Position numbers and translations under genes: made by a program. Positions 34,747-36,110 of a stretch of 36,110 nt of DNA are shown here, one piece after another. The stretch spans positions 62,001 through 98,110 of the forward strand of contig JAFGJV010000037.1 of NCBI GenBank assembly GCA_016928955.1, written 5' to 3'. This DNA is from Spirochaetales bacterium. Its GTDB lineage: Bacteria; Spirochaetota; Spirochaetia; Treponematales; UBA12059. Each line of letters begins with the position of its first letter. Within the stretch, counting starts at the first letter, position 1. Below the pieces are notes generated by a model. The model was given only the letters and a program-made list of their open reading frames with translations, was not told the DNA's origin and searched no databases.

Positions 34747-35187
34747 CTAGAACTCGAGTTTGATGGAGTCAACCGAGAACACGTCTCCGGGATCGCCGGT
34801 CATCTCTCCCCAGCTGCTGTCCGTGATGTTCTGGAGGGCGTAGAGTTTGACATGGCTGAAGGACCCGTCCTCACGGTAGTACACCACCATGTACGGGCGT
34901 TCCGGACCGCGGCCAAGGAGCAGCTGAGCCTTGCCGCCCGCGGTAAACCAGCCTATGGGTATGTATACTTCCGCGAATTCGGTGCCGCCCTTGCGGTACA
35001 CCACCTTGTAGCCGTCCGCGTGTCCGTATATGCGGACAACGTCAACCCGTACGGGATACAGGTCCGCCGTCAGGTTGAGGGGACTCACCAGGCCCGAGCC
35101 CGTGCTTGTCGAGCCAGCGGCCGTCTGGGCCAGTAAAGGCGCGGTTCCCAGAGCCAAGATCGCCGCGATGACAAGTGCACGCTTCAT
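34747..35187 (-). CDS. Secreted hypothetical protein
   Basis: GGAGG RBS, signal peptide MKRALVIAAILALGTAPLLA, host-like codon usage. Confidence 0.75.
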   Translation of the reverse strand: MKRALVIAAILALGTAPLLAQTAAGSTSTGSGLVSPLNLTADLYPVRVDVVRIYGHADGYKVVYRKGGTEFAEVYIPIGWFTAGGKAQLLLGRGPERPYMVVYYREDGSFSHVKLYALQNITDSSWGEMTGDPGDVFSVDSIKLEF

Positions 35188-35321
35188 ATCTTCCTCCGTC
35201 ATGGTCGTTGGGCATTCAAAGAGCGCTTTTTTAGTATAGACCCGGGGACGCGCTTTCGCAATGGACTATGCTCGACTAGGCATCTTGCGCCACGCCCAGC
35301 CCAGCTGACATACTCAAGACC

Positions 35322-36011
35322 ATGCGCGCTGATACCAACGCAACCGTGGCCAAACGAAACCTGGCCGCCGCCCTCTACGAACGGCTGGTGCCGCTGTGGC
35401 CGGACCAGGGCCCTCTGCTCCACTACTCCACCTGCTTTGAGCTCCTGGTCGCCGTCATTTTGTCAGCCCAATGCACCGACGAGCAGGTCAATGCGGTAAC
35501 GCCGGCCCTCTTTGCCGCCTACCCGGACCCGGCTCGGATGGCGGTGGCGGACCCGCTGCATCTGGAAAAGCTAGTCCATTCCACCGGTTTTTTCAGGGCA
35601 AAGGCGGCGAACATCAGGGCGACTGCCGCCATGATCATGTCCGACTACTCAGGGTCGGTTCCCGACACCATGGAGGAACTGGTGCGCCTTCCTGGGGTCG
35701 GGAGGAAAACCGCCAATCTGGTCATCAGCGCCTGTTTTGGCAAGCCGGGTATCGTGGTGGACACCCATGTCCTCAGGACCGCCAGGCGCCTGGGCCTGGC
35801 CCCCACGGACGACGCCGGCCAAAGCGAGCGCATGATAGCGTCAGCGTGCCCAGAAAATCGCTGGACGGAACTGAGCTTTGCCCTGAACCGGCTGGGCAAA
35901 CTGGTGTGCGTGGCCCGTTCGCCACGCTGCGACTCATGCCCTGTATCCGACCTGTGCGTGTCCGCCTTCAAGGCCGACGGGGAAAAACCTCACAAACGCA
36001 CGCGCCGCTAG
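35322..36011 (+). CDS. nth: Endonuclease III
   Basis: FELLVAVILSAQCTD..VN, HhH LPGVGRKTAN, VDTHV.R, 4Fe-4S C-x6-C-x2-C-x5-C. Confidence 0.95.
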   Translation: MRADTNATVAKRNLAAALYERLVPLWPDQGPLLHYSTCFELLVAVILSAQCTDEQVNAVTPALFAAYPDPARMAVADPLHLEKLVHSTGFFRAKAANIRATAAMIMSDYSGSVPDTMEELVRLPGVGRKTANLVISACFGKPGIVVDTHVLRTARRLGLAPTDDAGQSERMIASACPENRWTELSFALNRLGKLVCVARSPRCDSCPVSDLCVSAFKADGEKPHKRTRR

Positions 36012-36110
36012 TGTATCGAAGCTTTGCTTACTGCCGCGAACCTTATTGGTCGCTCTGGGAGCTAGGGCTCCGTCCGGCCTCAGGCAAGGGCGAACTGCGG
36101 CGTATACGCC

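Noticed and set aside
36012..36110. Possible 3' end of a minus-strand gene at the window edge
   Set aside because: Too little sequence to support a call
1..36110. Prophage, IS, integron, CRISPR, tRNA or rRNA
   Set aside because: No integrase, transposase or cas motifs, repeat-spacer arrays or cloverleaf/rRNA signatures seen by eye; gene content is mostly core chromosome

Overview
High-GC bacterial chromosomal window, most likely from a spirochaete. This is inferred from gene content and order: rpsT-HU/IHF...bactofilin...rho-rpmE, a CPA2 antiporter fused to PTS EIIA, mutL next to a membrane-anchored TPR protein, and FecR-domain outer-membrane proteins. It holds about 35 protein genes: a molybdenum/tungsten cofactor cluster (ABC ATPase, moeA, moaA, moaC, mog/moaB), an ABC-F protein, an antiporter, an RlmK/RlmI-like methyltransferase, rex, an Rrf2 regulator, a pyrF-pyrE fusion, two paralogous putative outer-membrane proteins, mutL, TPR proteins, a TPR-Mrr / metallophosphoesterase / ParB-like operon, a small Zn-ribbon protein, a plsC-like gene, rpsT, HU/IHF, lnt, a response regulator, bactofilin, a CinA-C/PncC protein, rho, rpmE, rdgB, a sigma-like protein, a DHH phosphoesterase and nth. 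I saw no CRISPR array, tRNA, rRNA or transposase. The most interesting signals are non-coding. (1) A candidate ~67-nt small RNA between rex and the Rrf2 gene has its own sigma70 promoter and a terminator hairpin whose loop is an anti-Shine-Dalgarno sequence (UUUUACCUCCUUUUU); a similar anti-SD-loop hairpin occurs at 23478-23504. (2) A leaderless 37-codon uORF plus terminator/antiterminator lies upstream of the ABC-F gene. (3) rho has a ~460-nt highly structured leader. (4) Four phased TGTTAC boxes lie upstream of a divergent sigma-factor-like gene. All functional calls come from manual motif recognition; no searches were run.
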